64,000 nucleotides of DNA from a virus. Taxonomy: Duplodnaviria > Caudoviricetes. The stretch lies in IMG/VR virus record IMGVR_UViG_3300025872_000041, positions 50,559 through 114,558 of that record; one strand, given 5' to 3'. This document shows positions 54,128 through 63,998 of this stretch, in pieces. The notes under the pieces are model-generated. The model saw nothing but the letters and a program-made list of their open reading frames with translations, did no database searches and was not told the origin of the DNA. The position numbers and the translations under genes are program-made. Within the stretch, counting starts at the first letter, position 1. Each line of letters opens with the position of its first letter.

Positions 54128-56106
54128 AAGTTTAGTTCTAGTTGTTGGTAAGCTATCTTTTCTGGACATACATTCATAATTTCACGTATTGCATTGTTAA
54201 TATAATAATCATAGTTGATATCATAACCATCCCAATCTTTTTTATCTAACTTATTCAATGTAGTCTGCAACCATCTACCTGATTCTACTTGTATGATTCT
54301 ACCATCTCTGTGTTGTTTTAGTATCTTACAACCCTTATTAGAGATATAGTATCTCACTATTTTTTGTAACGGTTCTGTTATGAGCACACCTTTAATCATG
54401 CAGTTACTTGTAAATCTCCAATCACCTTTTGCTTTTATACCACCACAGAAGTCAACTATGCTTTTAGATTCCAGAATAGTCTTATCTACCGGGGTATTAA
54501 ATACAAAGTAATTATAGAGCGCCTTCCTGATGATTAAGAAAGATTTATTCTTATGTAATGCTAAGTGGTGAAACTCAAATCTACCTTTACACTTTACCGG
54601 AGAATAACCATTATCAGTATAAATATAATAGGGCTCATCTTCTTTAAGACTAATTAGAGTTTCTTGATCTGCTTCCCTGTGGGTATTTATACCAATGTAA
54701 TTATTTACATCCCCAATAATCATCTTCTGATACTGGTCATGTTCTAGTGCTAGCTGAGTGATTGTTTCCCATTCAGAACATATCTCAAGATATTTTGCTT
54801 TATGTTCTTCAGGTATCATCATCTCTAGACCATCTGTATTTTGCATGATAGGAATAGCACCGGGTATACCTTCTGCTATCATCTCATAAAGCATACATAG
54901 ACTTAGCTGACCATTAATAGTAATACGCATAGTAAACTCAGGATCATACAGAAAGCTATTCTTATCATTGCTAAGGCCATAAGTACTATTCAAGATGATC
55001 TTGTATACGTAGTTCTTTGGATCTTTCTTAGGGATCTTCTTACGCTCTGTAAAGAACCACTCATACTGCTCACAGAATTCTTCTTTAGGAAGATGAGCCG
55101 GGGCCCATTTATTCTTAATAGCTAGGTTAGGATAATAACTTACAACATCTGATGACATTATTATCATACCATTCTTGGCTTCAAAGATTCCGGAACGTGC
55201 ACCATGTAAACCGCCTAGACCAAAGTCAGTCTGCATACCTTTATAAGTTACACTATGAGCAAACCCGCCTTTAGTTTCTTTAGGGTCTAACTCAATAGTT
55301 CTAAACTTATCTAGCAGCGCCTGCAACTCTGGTGTTTTAAACTTCACATAGTCTAGAATGATATCATTTACTTTGATAAGAGTTCTGTTAGTTCTAAGAC
55401 CGTTGAGCTCATAACTACTAATCCCGGTAGCTTTAGATAAGAAATACTTAAATAGTTCTTTAGATATCCTTGGCTCACTAGCACTGTACAGGTTAATACC
55501 ATATTCTTTTGTAAGTACACCACGTAAAGCAATCTGAGATTTACTATACTCCATTATCTTCTTGGTGAACTTTACATCATTTCTACAGTAGCTTAGTACC
55601 ATCTCTTGTTTTTCAATAGTATCTATGCTATCACTATGATGTATGGGCATCTCCTCTACATTGTGCCAATCTAATGTGTACTCTAACCATTTAAGGCTAG
55701 AGCTTTTAGCCGGATTGTCCCAGTGATTAAGTTTAAACAAATCTATCTGGTTAATCTTTAATTGTTTGTGACTATACAAAGCAAACTCGCCATTATTCTT
55801 TCTATAGATAATATCTTGCGCTACTTTATATAGTTTATCTGTAATTTGTGCAGAATCTAGTGCAATAAGTTCTTGAGCATGATCAATGATGTACTGTATT
55901 ACTTGTGCATCAAAGTCAAGACCATTAAAACTAATATGCCATTCTTCACTTTTAATATTCTCATTAATAAAATCTACTAACTTTTTAATCTGATTCTCTT
56001 TAAAAGATATTACAAACTCTGTTACAGACTCTTCTTTATAGTGCTCGAATACAGCACAGAAGAAATCTGACATAGTTTCTATATCCATTACCCAATGTCT
56101 TTTCAT
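54124..56106 (-). CDS. polB: family B DNA polymerase
   Basis: Exonuclease motifs 'DIE', 'FNGLDFD' and 'YCRNDV'; polymerase motifs 'DVVSYYP', 'KIILNSTYG' and 'NTDG'. Confidence 0.93.
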   Translation of the reverse strand: MKRHWVMDIETMSDFFCAVFEHYKEESVTEFVISFKENQIKKLVDFINENIKSEEWHISFNGLDFDAQVIQYIIDHAQELIALDSAQITDKLYKVAQDIIYRKNNGEFALYSHKQLKINQIDLFKLNHWDNPAKSSSLKWLEYTLDWHNVEEMPIHHSDSIDTIEKQEMVLSYCRNDVKFTKKIMEYSKSQIALRGVLTKEYGINLYSASEPRISKELFKYFLSKATGISSYELNGLRTNRTLIKVNDIILDYVKFKTPELQALLDKFRTIELDPKETKGGFAHSVTYKGMQTDFGLGGLHGARSGIFEAKNGMIIMSSDVVSYYPNLAIKNKWAPAHLPKEEFCEQYEWFFTERKKIPKKDPKNYVYKIILNSTYGLSNDKNSFLYDPEFTMRITINGQLSLCMLYEMIAEGIPGAIPIMQNTDGLEMMIPEEHKAKYLEICSEWETITQLALEHDQYQKMIIGDVNNYIGINTHREADQETLISLKEDEPYYIYTDNGYSPVKCKGRFEFHHLALHKNKSFLIIRKALYNYFVFNTPVDKTILESKSIVDFCGGIKAKGDWRFTSNCMIKGVLITEPLQKIVRYYISNKGCKILKQHRDGRIIQVESGRWLQTTLNKLDKKDWDGYDINYDYYINNAIREIMNVCPEKIAYQQLELNL

Positions 56107-56112
56107 AGTTTT

Positions 56113-56144
56113 AGAAAAAAAAGGGGGACTATTACATCCCCCTT
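56113..56144 (-). terminator. intrinsic terminator directly upstream of polB
   Basis: The - strand reads AAGGGGGA-TGTAATAG-TCCCCCTT followed by a T run. Confidence 0.75.
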
Positions 56145-56176
56145 AATTGTTGGTTTATATGGCAATCCTCAAGACC

Positions 56177-56575
56177 CTATACTTGAGTTGGACCCGTGAT
56201 TCCTACTGATTCTTTTTCCAAGATACTAAAGTTAAAAGTATCATGATTCATTGCAAATTTAGCAATGATATCTAAGATCTCTTCTTTCTTATGTATATAA
56301 TACTCTTGGAAAGACTCAACCAGTCTTCTCTCTTCCGCGTAACTTTTCTCTGGATTCTTTCTGTTCTTAGTAAATACTACATCACCTTTATCATCCATTC
56401 TAGGAATCATATGGTAAGCATCTTTAATAATTTTTGAGATGATAACCAACATGCTTGCTTCTGGATCATAAATCATTTCTACATAAGGACAAGTTTCTAC
56501 TAAAGGTATAACCTTAAAACTCTCCTGACCGTTCCATACGGAACTAATACATAACATACTATCTTTCATATACAC
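56177..56575 (-). CDS. hypothetical protein
   Basis: 132-aa ORF in the - strand operon; 'CPYVEMIYDP' segment. Confidence 0.65.
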   Translation of the reverse strand: MYMKDSMLCISSVWNGQESFKVIPLVETCPYVEMIYDPEASMLVIISKIIKDAYHMIPRMDDKGDVVFTKNRKNPEKSYAEERRLVESFQEYYIHKKEEILDIIAKFAMNHDTFNFSILEKESVGITGPTQV

Positions 56576-56578
56576 AAA

Positions 56579-57139
56579 TCAAATAATTAAATCTTTCATT
56601 TCCAAATTCTCTACAGGTATTTTAAGTGTTTCTTTTTCAGCGTTATAAGGAGCACATAATTCTCCAACGCCTTTTAGGATATTTACATTGACTCCTAACA
56701 GCTCTGCATAGATATCAAAATAGTCTTCAGGGTATAGATAGCTCATTACGTACTCATAAGTACTAGAGTCTTTACCATAGAATCTTTCAATCTCATCTTT
56801 AGCAGCATCAGACAGTTGAGAATATTTACCCTTTACAAATTTATCCCAGTCATAAGCCCGGTCATCAAATGTAAAAATATAAATACCCTTGTTATCTGTA
56901 GTCTGTCTAAACTCACAGAATTTATCATTACCAAACAACTTAACCCTCTCAAAGATTTGATAGTCTTCATTATCTTGTATATCATAAACGCAAATAAGTT
57001 TTCTATCAGTAGGAGATACAATCTCTTCCCATGCAATGTAAGTCTGTATAGGTTTGATATGACTGCCTCTTCTAATGTTTAGTGCCGGGTATAAGAATAT
57101 CCGGGATTTCTGTGTGTACTTGTCATGTAATTTTTTCAT
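56579..57139 (-). CDS. hypothetical protein
   Basis: 186-aa ORF with an ATGA overlap to the upstream nuclease; 'F..GKYS' segment. Confidence 0.65.
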   Translation of the reverse strand: MKKLHDKYTQKSRIFLYPALNIRRGSHIKPIQTYIAWEEIVSPTDRKLICVYDIQDNEDYQIFERVKLFGNDKFCEFRQTTDNKGIYIFTFDDRAYDWDKFVKGKYSQLSDAAKDEIERFYGKDSSTYEYVMSYLYPEDYFDIYAELLGVNVNILKGVGELCAPYNAEKETLKIPVENLEMKDLII

Positions 57140-58110
57140 AGTATTATTTTGTTTACAATATACTCATAAGGTAGAGAATAATCTCTATTTTCATAGTGAT
57201 AATGTGCTTCATTTAGCGCTTTTCTAAATCTTTCATTCCAGTCATCAAGTGTTAACTGAGAAACAGGAAAGCAATAAATCTGCTCATACTTGTCTACCAC
57301 CACAAAAGAATACTCGTAAGTGTAATCAAGTTTTAAGAAGTGACATTTAGCTAGTAGTACATACATTGCTGCCTGCATCCAATAGTTGTAGTACTCTACA
57401 CTCTCTTTGAATTCAGGGATTGTCTTACTAGTAGTCTTAACGTCTGCTATCTTAATTACTTTGTTTACATCATCTACAATTACACTGTCAAGAATACCCT
57501 TGATACCAAACTTGTAATCAACTAAATCACAAGATGCCGGTAACTCTCTATGAAATTTAACATCATCAAACTCTGTAATGTCTAGACCTAGATGATATCT
57601 AACTTCCGGATTAGCTTTAAACTTAGTTACTACCCGTAAGCATTTATCATATGTGCTCTGATCAATTACAGATTTACCAATACTATTTATAAGATCAGTG
57701 AGATAGTCAGTAGTAATTGGTGTAATTACCTTGGCTAGTCTTTGCTCATCCGTTTTTAGTGTCTGGTAAAGGTTCTTTTCTATTAAAATGTTTAAGATTT
57801 CATCTTGAAAGTTAGACAAATCACTACATTCAGGGTGCTCTCTAAATATTTTATCTACAATATCCTTAAGATTATCTGAAGGAAGTTTACTTTTAGCTAC
57901 ATAGAATTGATTATCATACTCATCCGGTTGTAGTAGAAGGCAGTGAATTAACCTGCCCTCTACCAAATGTGCACCAACCGATTCCTCTTTTTGTTGGAGG
58001 ATGTAATGAGTGAAGAACAATCTAGGACTAAACCTTAGTTTGCTTAGTCCTGAGTAACTAATGTAATACTTAGTTTTATAAAACTGTTCTATTAACTCTT
58101 GATCTGTCAT
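57136..58110 (-). CDS. PD-(D/E)xK exonuclease (RecB/ExoVIII-like)
   Basis: 'SYSGL', 'G.LIHCLLL' and 'KGILD...IADVKTT...Y.YWMQAAMY'. Confidence 0.85.
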   Translation of the reverse strand: MTDQELIEQFYKTKYYISYSGLSKLRFSPRLFFTHYILQQKEESVGAHLVEGRLIHCLLLQPDEYDNQFYVAKSKLPSDNLKDIVDKIFREHPECSDLSNFQDEILNILIEKNLYQTLKTDEQRLAKVITPITTDYLTDLINSIGKSVIDQSTYDKCLRVVTKFKANPEVRYHLGLDITEFDDVKFHRELPASCDLVDYKFGIKGILDSVIVDDVNKVIKIADVKTTSKTIPEFKESVEYYNYWMQAAMYVLLAKCHFLKLDYTYEYSFVVVDKYEQIYCFPVSQLTLDDWNERFRKALNEAHYHYENRDYSLPYEYIVNKIIL

Positions 58111-59168
58111 TCTACTATTTTTTCTTTATATGTTTCATTCATTTGAATTGCACTTATAGTGAAGATATTATTTTCACCATATGTTTTTACATGCTTTAGA
58201 ATATCCTCTTTAAACTCAGACAGGTATTCTCTTTTAAGTTTACCACCATCTGCTAATCTACGAACAATATCTATAATATCACCACTGTAATAGTTAGGAT
58301 CAATATCCCAGTGTGTAGTCATGTACTGTCTAAATGCTTTATAGTTTACATGGTTTGTACCGGGCATATTACGTAGATTAAATCTAGATATCAACTTCAA
58401 GATATATACCATAGACTGATCATAGTCACAGTTACATAATAACTCCAAGCCAATTTCCTGATTTTGATTTGAACTAAACATACTTAGTAACCTTGCATAA
58501 GATTCAGAGTTAAGTGGTTGAGAACCATTACACTGTTTCATTACATCTTTATCAGAGATGATAACTTTAGTATTAGCTAGCAAGTCGTTGATTAGTTGCT
58601 CATAAGCATCTTCTTTAAAGCGATAAGTATAAAAATGATTAGTTTCTAGACCATCACTATTGCCAGATATAACACTATTATAGACATGATTGAGTCCTCT
58701 AAGTAATGACCAGTCTACAACAACATAACTACCTGTATCTGGATCATCTAGTTCAGGAGCACTAATATTATAAGTTTCAAACATTTGTTTTACACTATTA
58801 ATAGGTATTCCCATCTCATTTCTTTTGTCTATCATTTCCTCTATAACCTGTTTCTTGTTAAAGACTACTTTGGTTGCTTTAGTTTGATTTCTTACTATAT
58901 CAAAACCAATCTCTTTACCAGTTTCCCGTATTTTATACCGAGGGATGGTTACCCCCGGCATTATAAATACTTTGTCACCAGCTACAAGACTTTGTGATGA
59001 TGTATTTAATCCATCAAAGATTGTTGGATCTACAATATTAACGCTTTCTAACTTAAGAGACTCTAACAAGTCTTTATAGTTACTACTACTAAAACCATAA
59101 GGAGAATAAGTATCACCTACTTTCTTTTGAAACTTATTACCATCTATTCTTAAATACAAATTTTTCAT
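58107..59168 (-). CDS. hypothetical protein coupled to the AAA/vWA genes
   Basis: 353-aa ORF overlapping both neighbours by 4 nt. Confidence 0.65.
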   Translation of the reverse strand: MKNLYLRIDGNKFQKKVGDTYSPYGFSSSNYKDLLESLKLESVNIVDPTIFDGLNTSSQSLVAGDKVFIMPGVTIPRYKIRETGKEIGFDIVRNQTKATKVVFNKKQVIEEMIDKRNEMGIPINSVKQMFETYNISAPELDDPDTGSYVVVDWSLLRGLNHVYNSVISGNSDGLETNHFYTYRFKEDAYEQLINDLLANTKVIISDKDVMKQCNGSQPLNSESYARLLSMFSSNQNQEIGLELLCNCDYDQSMVYILKLISRFNLRNMPGTNHVNYKAFRQYMTTHWDIDPNYYSGDIIDIVRRLADGGKLKREYLSEFKEDILKHVKTYGENNIFTISAIQMNETYKEKIVE

Positions 59169-60346
59169 CGGATTGTGTACTCCATAACTTTATCGTTCAA
59201 CATAAGCTTTTGAAATTTTTGCTTGTTACCATTAATAAGATTTCTTACAATCATATACTTAAGGTCAATAGCAAATATCTCATCCACCACTAATTTCTCA
59301 AAACGTTTGATTACTTCACTCTTCATAGGATTTGTTTTGAAGTGTGCCAAGGCAAAGTTTACAATCCTAGTACTCATAATACTAGCAATGTCTGCCCGGT
59401 AATCGTCACCTCTACCAACTGTAGACTTCAAAGTACCTATGATATAGTCCTCATTGTCATGTAAGATAATGTCTTTAGGAGACATCAACTGGTCCAGTTT
59501 GTTATTGATAAACAAAGTAAACAAGCTAGTCATGTCTGCACCAACAGAACCTTCACCAATCATTTGGATCATAGGTAGGTTATCTTCAAACTTCTCAAAG
59601 CTAGAGATAGCATTAAAGAATGTAGTAATTGCACGTGGGTTAGTAGACTCAGTAACAACTTCAGGATGCTTCAAGATGAAGTTAATACATCTGCCATCCA
59701 TAGCTGTTTCTTCTGCCCACTGTGCCCAACAGTCTACATCAAACTTTAAGTCACAAGAAATAAAGCGAGTAGTTTGTGCTACGTCCATACTATTTACGTG
59801 ATAGTCACCACCATCAGGGTTAGTAGTTAGGATGATAGTCCAGTCTTTAGGTAACTTCCATGAGATATACTCCTGAGTGTTAATCAAATCCATACATGCT
59901 TGGATCATTCTAGGATCTGCACGAGTGTAATCATCTAATAATAAGATACCAGACTCACCTTTACCAGAAATCCATTCAGGTGCACAATAAGCAGTGCGCC
60001 TTGCACCGGTTAGTTTAAACCCGGCCTTAACTGCTAGCTCAGCTTCCATCTCAGTTACCCACTTAGTCTTAAGACCATCAGGAGTATCTTTACCAATCTG
60101 AAATTCCTTAACTGGAAATCCTACTAGATCTGATAACTCTTCTATCATTGCAAGGTTAATTTTTACAAACTGCATACCCTCTTCTTTTGCAAGGTTAGAG
60201 ACAATTGTAGTTTTACCAAGACCTGCATTACCTACTACATTCAAAGCTGTTGGTACTTTACCTTGACCTTGAATGAATCTGTTGTTGTTAATTACGTGCT
60301 TAATGAAATCTTTTAATTCAGCGCTGTTTAATTTTACTTGTGCCAT
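59165..60346 (-). CDS. MoxR-like AAA+ ATPase
   Basis: Walker A GNAGLGKT, Walker B 'LLLDDYTR', sensor 'TTNP' and 'D.AQ.TRF'. Confidence 0.85.
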   Translation of the reverse strand: MAQVKLNSAELKDFIKHVINNNRFIQGQGKVPTALNVVGNAGLGKTTIVSNLAKEEGMQFVKINLAMIEELSDLVGFPVKEFQIGKDTPDGLKTKWVTEMEAELAVKAGFKLTGARRTAYCAPEWISGKGESGILLLDDYTRADPRMIQACMDLINTQEYISWKLPKDWTIILTTNPDGGDYHVNSMDVAQTTRFISCDLKFDVDCWAQWAEETAMDGRCINFILKHPEVVTESTNPRAITTFFNAISSFEKFEDNLPMIQMIGEGSVGADMTSLFTLFINNKLDQLMSPKDIILHDNEDYIIGTLKSTVGRGDDYRADIASIMSTRIVNFALAHFKTNPMKSEVIKRFEKLVVDEIFAIDLKYMIVRNLINGNKQKFQKLMLNDKVMEYTIR

Positions 60347-60359
60347 GTTTTTAGGGTTT

Positions 60360-61499
60360 TTAATTTAATTGGATTTGGGGACCGGGTAGTTGCTCATTGA
60401 TTTGGGCTTTTGAAGAAATAACCCAAAGCATTCTACCTCTTGGTGTAACTGTTGTATAACATTCACCATCTGTTAAATAAATAAGACATGTGTATCTTTT
60501 AGTATTCTTGTTATAATATTCTAGTACGGGATCAAACTCAGTACCTCCACGACCTTTGACTTCTACATCCTTCTTAGGGTTATAACTCTCAACACTAGTA
60601 ATCTCTGTATCACACTGTAATACTGTAATCTCTGTTCCGGTTTTATGCATGTGTTTAATTTCATTGAAGAACTCTACAAGTTCATCATTGCTCACACTAC
60701 CAGATGTATCTATTGCAACCAAGATATGTTTCTTGGGTTTAAATTTTAGTCCGGGAGCATCCGGATATCTTTTGTTAATTTTCTTTCTAGAAAGTTTAGT
60801 CTCAACTATATAAGAGTTACCAGCAAATCTTCTAAGATAAGCCTTCCAGTTAAATTTACTTGGAGTAATCTCAGTAATTCTTTTATAAATCTCACTAATC
60901 TCTCCAGGTAAATGACCTCTAGATTTGAGACATTCTTCTGCGGCTTCTCTAAGTTGATACTCAGCTTGAGATTTAAGTAGTTTCTTTTCAGAATCACTTA
61001 AGTTATCAAACTCTTCCCATGTGGGATGCATATCACCAGCACCGCCTGTCATGTTTTGTACATCTTCATCATCTTTATTCTGTTGTAGCATGTCATAGTA
61101 GTATCTAGTACCTGCCCTAAATTGAAGATTTAAATTAGGAAATGAGCTTGGTAAGATTGCACCGTCAGGAAGACAACTTGGAGTAATGTATTGATTAAGC
61201 TCACAGTCAGCAGCTATATTAAATAACTGTTTGTCTGCAAACTCATCTCGTAAATTAAGGTGATCAAACACAATATGTAATAACTCATGCCACAATAAGC
61301 CTTTCTTGTGATCATGAGGTAAGCTTGCCCAGAATTCTGTGTTAATTACAAGCTTGTAGTTAATATTGTGTTTGCTGACACCAGCGGTAGGAATTTTGTC
61401 ATTCCATTCTTTGTTGAGACCTATCAAGAACATACCATAGAAGGGTTGTTCAAGCATAAGTTCTTTCCCGGCTAATGCCAGTTCTTCGTCTTTTTTCAT
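60360..61499 (-). CDS. metallopeptidase-like plus vWA domain protein (DUF2201-type)
   Basis: HELLH and 'NIAADC..NQ'; MIDAS 'DTSGS', 'GRGGT.F.P' and 'YLTDG'. Confidence 0.85.
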   Translation of the reverse strand: MKKDEELALAGKELMLEQPFYGMFLIGLNKEWNDKIPTAGVSKHNINYKLVINTEFWASLPHDHKKGLLWHELLHIVFDHLNLRDEFADKQLFNIAADCELNQYITPSCLPDGAILPSSFPNLNLQFRAGTRYYYDMLQQNKDDEDVQNMTGGAGDMHPTWEEFDNLSDSEKKLLKSQAEYQLREAAEECLKSRGHLPGEISEIYKRITEITPSKFNWKAYLRRFAGNSYIVETKLSRKKINKRYPDAPGLKFKPKKHILVAIDTSGSVSNDELVEFFNEIKHMHKTGTEITVLQCDTEITSVESYNPKKDVEVKGRGGTEFDPVLEYYNKNTKRYTCLIYLTDGECYTTVTPRGRMLWVISSKAQINEQLPGPQIQLN

Positions 61500-61511
61500 A
61501 GTAAATTGGTT

Positions 61512-61799
61512 TTAAAGTTTTGTAATCTTATCCAGTTCTTCTAAAAACTGAAATGCTAATTCCTCTTCTTGATCTACAAATGATCCATCTACATTCCTCT
61601 TAGAGAAATACCTGTTAACTATAGATATCACATGAGAGTTCTTAGCTTTTGCCTCGTTTACAGATTTTTTAAGTTCTGGATTTACAAGTTCTCTAATAAA
61701 CTGATACTGCACATTAAGTGCTTTAGCTAATATATAAGCCTTTCTAATTTCTTTTAAATCTGATTCTTTCACACAATCTCTGCTACAGGGTCTGTCCAA
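61512..61799 (-). CDS. hypothetical protein (start uncertain, possibly GTG near 61772)
   Basis: ORF in the tightly packed - strand operon. Confidence 0.55.
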   Translation of the reverse strand: MDRPCSRDCVKESDLKEIRKAYILAKALNVQYQFIRELVNPELKKSVNEAKAKNSHVISIVNRYFSKRNVDGSFVDQEEELAFQFLEELDKITKL

Positions 61800-61996
61800 C
61801 CATTTGCATCATTTACACCATTAACATAGGCTTCTGCTTCTTTCTTAGTATCAAATTCTTTAATACCATAATCATAGTCTACCTGCATTGATTCATGTTT
61901 ATTACTAAACAATGCATCCCAACCATGAATGTCTACATAAAGAGCCGCAGCTTGACTAAAAGCATACATTACCTTAATCTTCTTTTTTACTTCCAT
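61769..61996 (-). CDS. hypothetical protein
   Basis: 75 aa; 'EFDTKKEAEAY..GV.DANGW' is a pattern seen in small phage proteins. Confidence 0.6.
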   Translation of the reverse strand: MEVKKKIKVMYAFSQAAALYVDIHGWDALFSNKHESMQVDYDYGIKEFDTKKEAEAYVNGVNDANGWTDPVAEIV

Positions 61997-62364
61997 TTCT
62001 TTAGGATTTTAATTTCAACTCTTGGGTTTTTATTATCATACTCATAAGTAGCAAATACTGGCACTAGTTCATCAGCGTTATCATCATCTATCCAATCATA
62101 GTTTACCATTGCATCTTGTACAGCCTGTGCTATGTTAATCAAGTCAAACTTATGTCTGCTCTTTCTATAGAACTTAAACTCTATATACAATGGTTTACCA
62201 AGATCTTTAGATTCTTTTCTAAACTGTTTGGCTTGTGCTTTCCAGTGCTCATCAGTAGCAAGTTTCCACTTTCTTGTGGCAGCGCTTGCAATACTGTATT
62301 TGCCTGTCCATACTCTACCATTCTTACTAGAAGGTGTGTTACCCGGTATGATAAATGTTGTCAT
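61987..62364 (-). CDS. RusA-like Holliday junction resolvase
   Basis: 'PSSKN', 'FDLIN...VQD.M...WIDDDN' and 'NPRVEI'. Confidence 0.8.
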   Translation of the reverse strand: MTTFIIPGNTPSSKNGRVWTGKYSIASAATRKWKLATDEHWKAQAKQFRKESKDLGKPLYIEFKFYRKSRHKFDLINIAQAVQDAMVNYDWIDDDNADELVPVFATYEYDNKNPRVEIKILKKWK

Positions 62365-63328
62365 AGTAATTATCTAAATATTCTTTTATCTTTTGATATC
62401 CATGATCCTTTACAGAATCAGAGATGTCTTTAGAGAAAGGCAAATATAAATATTTTAAATAAGGAAATTGATTACAATACTTTATTGTAGCTCTATTACC
62501 GGCATCATCATTATCAAATAGTATATAGCAACTTTTATAGTTACCACTAATGACATTTAGATATTCTTTCTTAATCATTGTATTCTCAGAATCTGGTGCC
62601 AGAAAATCTATATGGGGATACATCTTCTTTAAACACATACCATCTTTAAGAGAGGATACAATTACTAATAAATCATTACCCAATAGTTGCTCACTACCTT
62701 GTACATAATCTTTTACTTTTAAGAATTTCTTCTTCTGAACTTTAGGCTGATAGATTTTAACTAGTGTACCATCTTTCTTGAAGTAACCATATATATTAGA
62801 GCCTTCAATATTTAAGACTTTATATATACCATCCTCTTCTTTAAACATACTATAAGTACTTAGAGGTTTTATGTTATAGTGCTCTAGCATTTTAGAACCT
62901 ATACCATATTTACTCCAGTAATCTTTATCTAGTGTATTCCATTGCCTAACTTCATATCTATCAATCTTGTATTTATTGTACTGTTTAAACACTTGTAAAT
63001 CATAGCCACCGTTGTTATGTAATACAAATTCATTGTAATCTCTTACAATCTTATGCATGGCATTTAACCGGCTATCTATAGCAAGCATCTTCTGTACTAA
63101 ATCAATACAATCACCACCATTATCCGTTGAGAAATCTTTGTAGTAATATTTTTCTTTATCTTGTTTAAAGTAAATACACATACTAGGAGTTCTTTCACTA
63201 GGATTAAAGACGGACTTTATCTTAATATCTTGACCAGTTAACTTCTGATCTAATCTACAATAATGCTCAAATACCCATGTAATAGGTACTGACTTTATAT
63301 CCGGAATTAGGATCTTCGTACTAATCAT
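62339..63328 (-). CDS. DNA primase (DnaG-like, TOPRIM)
   Basis: N-terminal 'SVFNPSERTPSM...YKDFS...GGD'; TOPRIM 'SSLKD', 'APDSEN', 'FDNDDAG' and 'KDISD'. Confidence 0.85.
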   Translation of the reverse strand: MISTKILIPDIKSVPITWVFEHYCRLDQKLTGQDIKIKSVFNPSERTPSMCIYFKQDKEKYYYKDFSTDNGGDCIDLVQKMLAIDSRLNAMHKIVRDYNEFVLHNNGGYDLQVFKQYNKYKIDRYEVRQWNTLDKDYWSKYGIGSKMLEHYNIKPLSTYSMFKEEDGIYKVLNIEGSNIYGYFKKDGTLVKIYQPKVQKKKFLKVKDYVQGSEQLLGNDLLVIVSSLKDGMCLKKMYPHIDFLAPDSENTMIKKEYLNVISGNYKSCYILFDNDDAGNRATIKYCNQFPYLKYLYLPFSKDISDSVKDHGYQKIKEYLDNYYDNIYHTG

Positions 63329-63338
63329 AACTGCAATA

Positions 63339-63370
63339 ATAAAAAAGGGGGACCATATAATCCCCCTTTT
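63339..63370 (-). terminator. intrinsic terminator directly upstream of primase
   Basis: The - strand reads AAAAGGGGGA-TTATATGG-TCCCCCTTTTTT. Confidence 0.75.
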
Positions 63371-63389
63371 ATATAATAAACTTTAAAAC

Positions 63390-63998
63390 TTAAAACTCAA
63401 ATCCTGTAGATGTACCAGAATCAGAGGTAAAAGGATTAGTATCACCAAATGATGCTACTGTTTCTACCTTAGCTTTCTTGATATGTAACTCAGGATTGTA
63501 AGAGATTAATTTACTTGGGCTTGCAGCTGCAGACTCTACAGCATAGGCCTCTTTGCTAGACTTTGGTAAGAATAAATCATAGTTGATATAACCATTCTTC
63601 TCATACTCTTTACCATTGATGCACATGTTAAATAAGGTATCATCAGAAATGATTGTACCGGCTGCTTTAACAAAATCTTCAATAGTTGCAAACTTACCAT
63701 CTGCTTCTTCAAACCACTCAAGTTTATTTCCGGCAATACATAACTGCTGTACTGCACGTAAAATACTCAAATCTCTACTGATCTTGATACCAGTTTTGGT
63801 TTCACCATCAGAGAAAGGATAAAAGCCAAACTTAACTTTACCAATCTGGCCTTTGTAACGGGGACCAGTAGGTTTGTCTTTGTCTACTAAGAATCCTTCA
63901 AATTCTGATCCCATGTCAGGACCTTCTACATTAAGAATCAGGTGGTATGCACCTGCTTTGTAACTTACACTCTCTAATGCAATAGAGTTAATTTTCAC
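63390..63998 (-). CDS. 5'-truncated putative single-stranded DNA-binding protein
   Basis: Open to the window edge; acidic/aromatic tail 'TSDSGTSTGFEF'; upstream of primase. Confidence 0.5.
   Translation of the reverse strand: MKINSIALESVSYKAGAYHLILNVEGPDMGSEFEGFLVDKDKPTGPRYKGQIGKVKFGFYPFSDGETKTGIKISRDLSILRAVQQLCIAGNKLEWFEEADGKFATIEDFVKAAGTIISDDTLFNMCINGKEYEKNGYINYDLFLPKSSKEAYAVESAAASPSKLISYNPELHIKKAKVETVASFGDTNPFTSDSGTSTGFEF

Noticed and set aside
54124-56106. Intron or intein in polB (also considered for the vRNAP gene)
   Set aside because: The ORFs are uninterrupted, polB motif spacing is compact, and no intein termini or homing endonuclease motifs were noticed.
2695-63822. Short antisense or alternate-frame ORFs in the track (e.g. 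2695-2961, 17249-17506, 25191-25454, 38832-39113, 46111-46560, 48142-48411, 48386-48667, 59454-59801, 62116-62433)
   Set aside because: They lie almost entirely within well-supported genes, often have non-ATG starts and show no motifs, so they are treated as shadow ORFs. Only 48315-48644 was retained.
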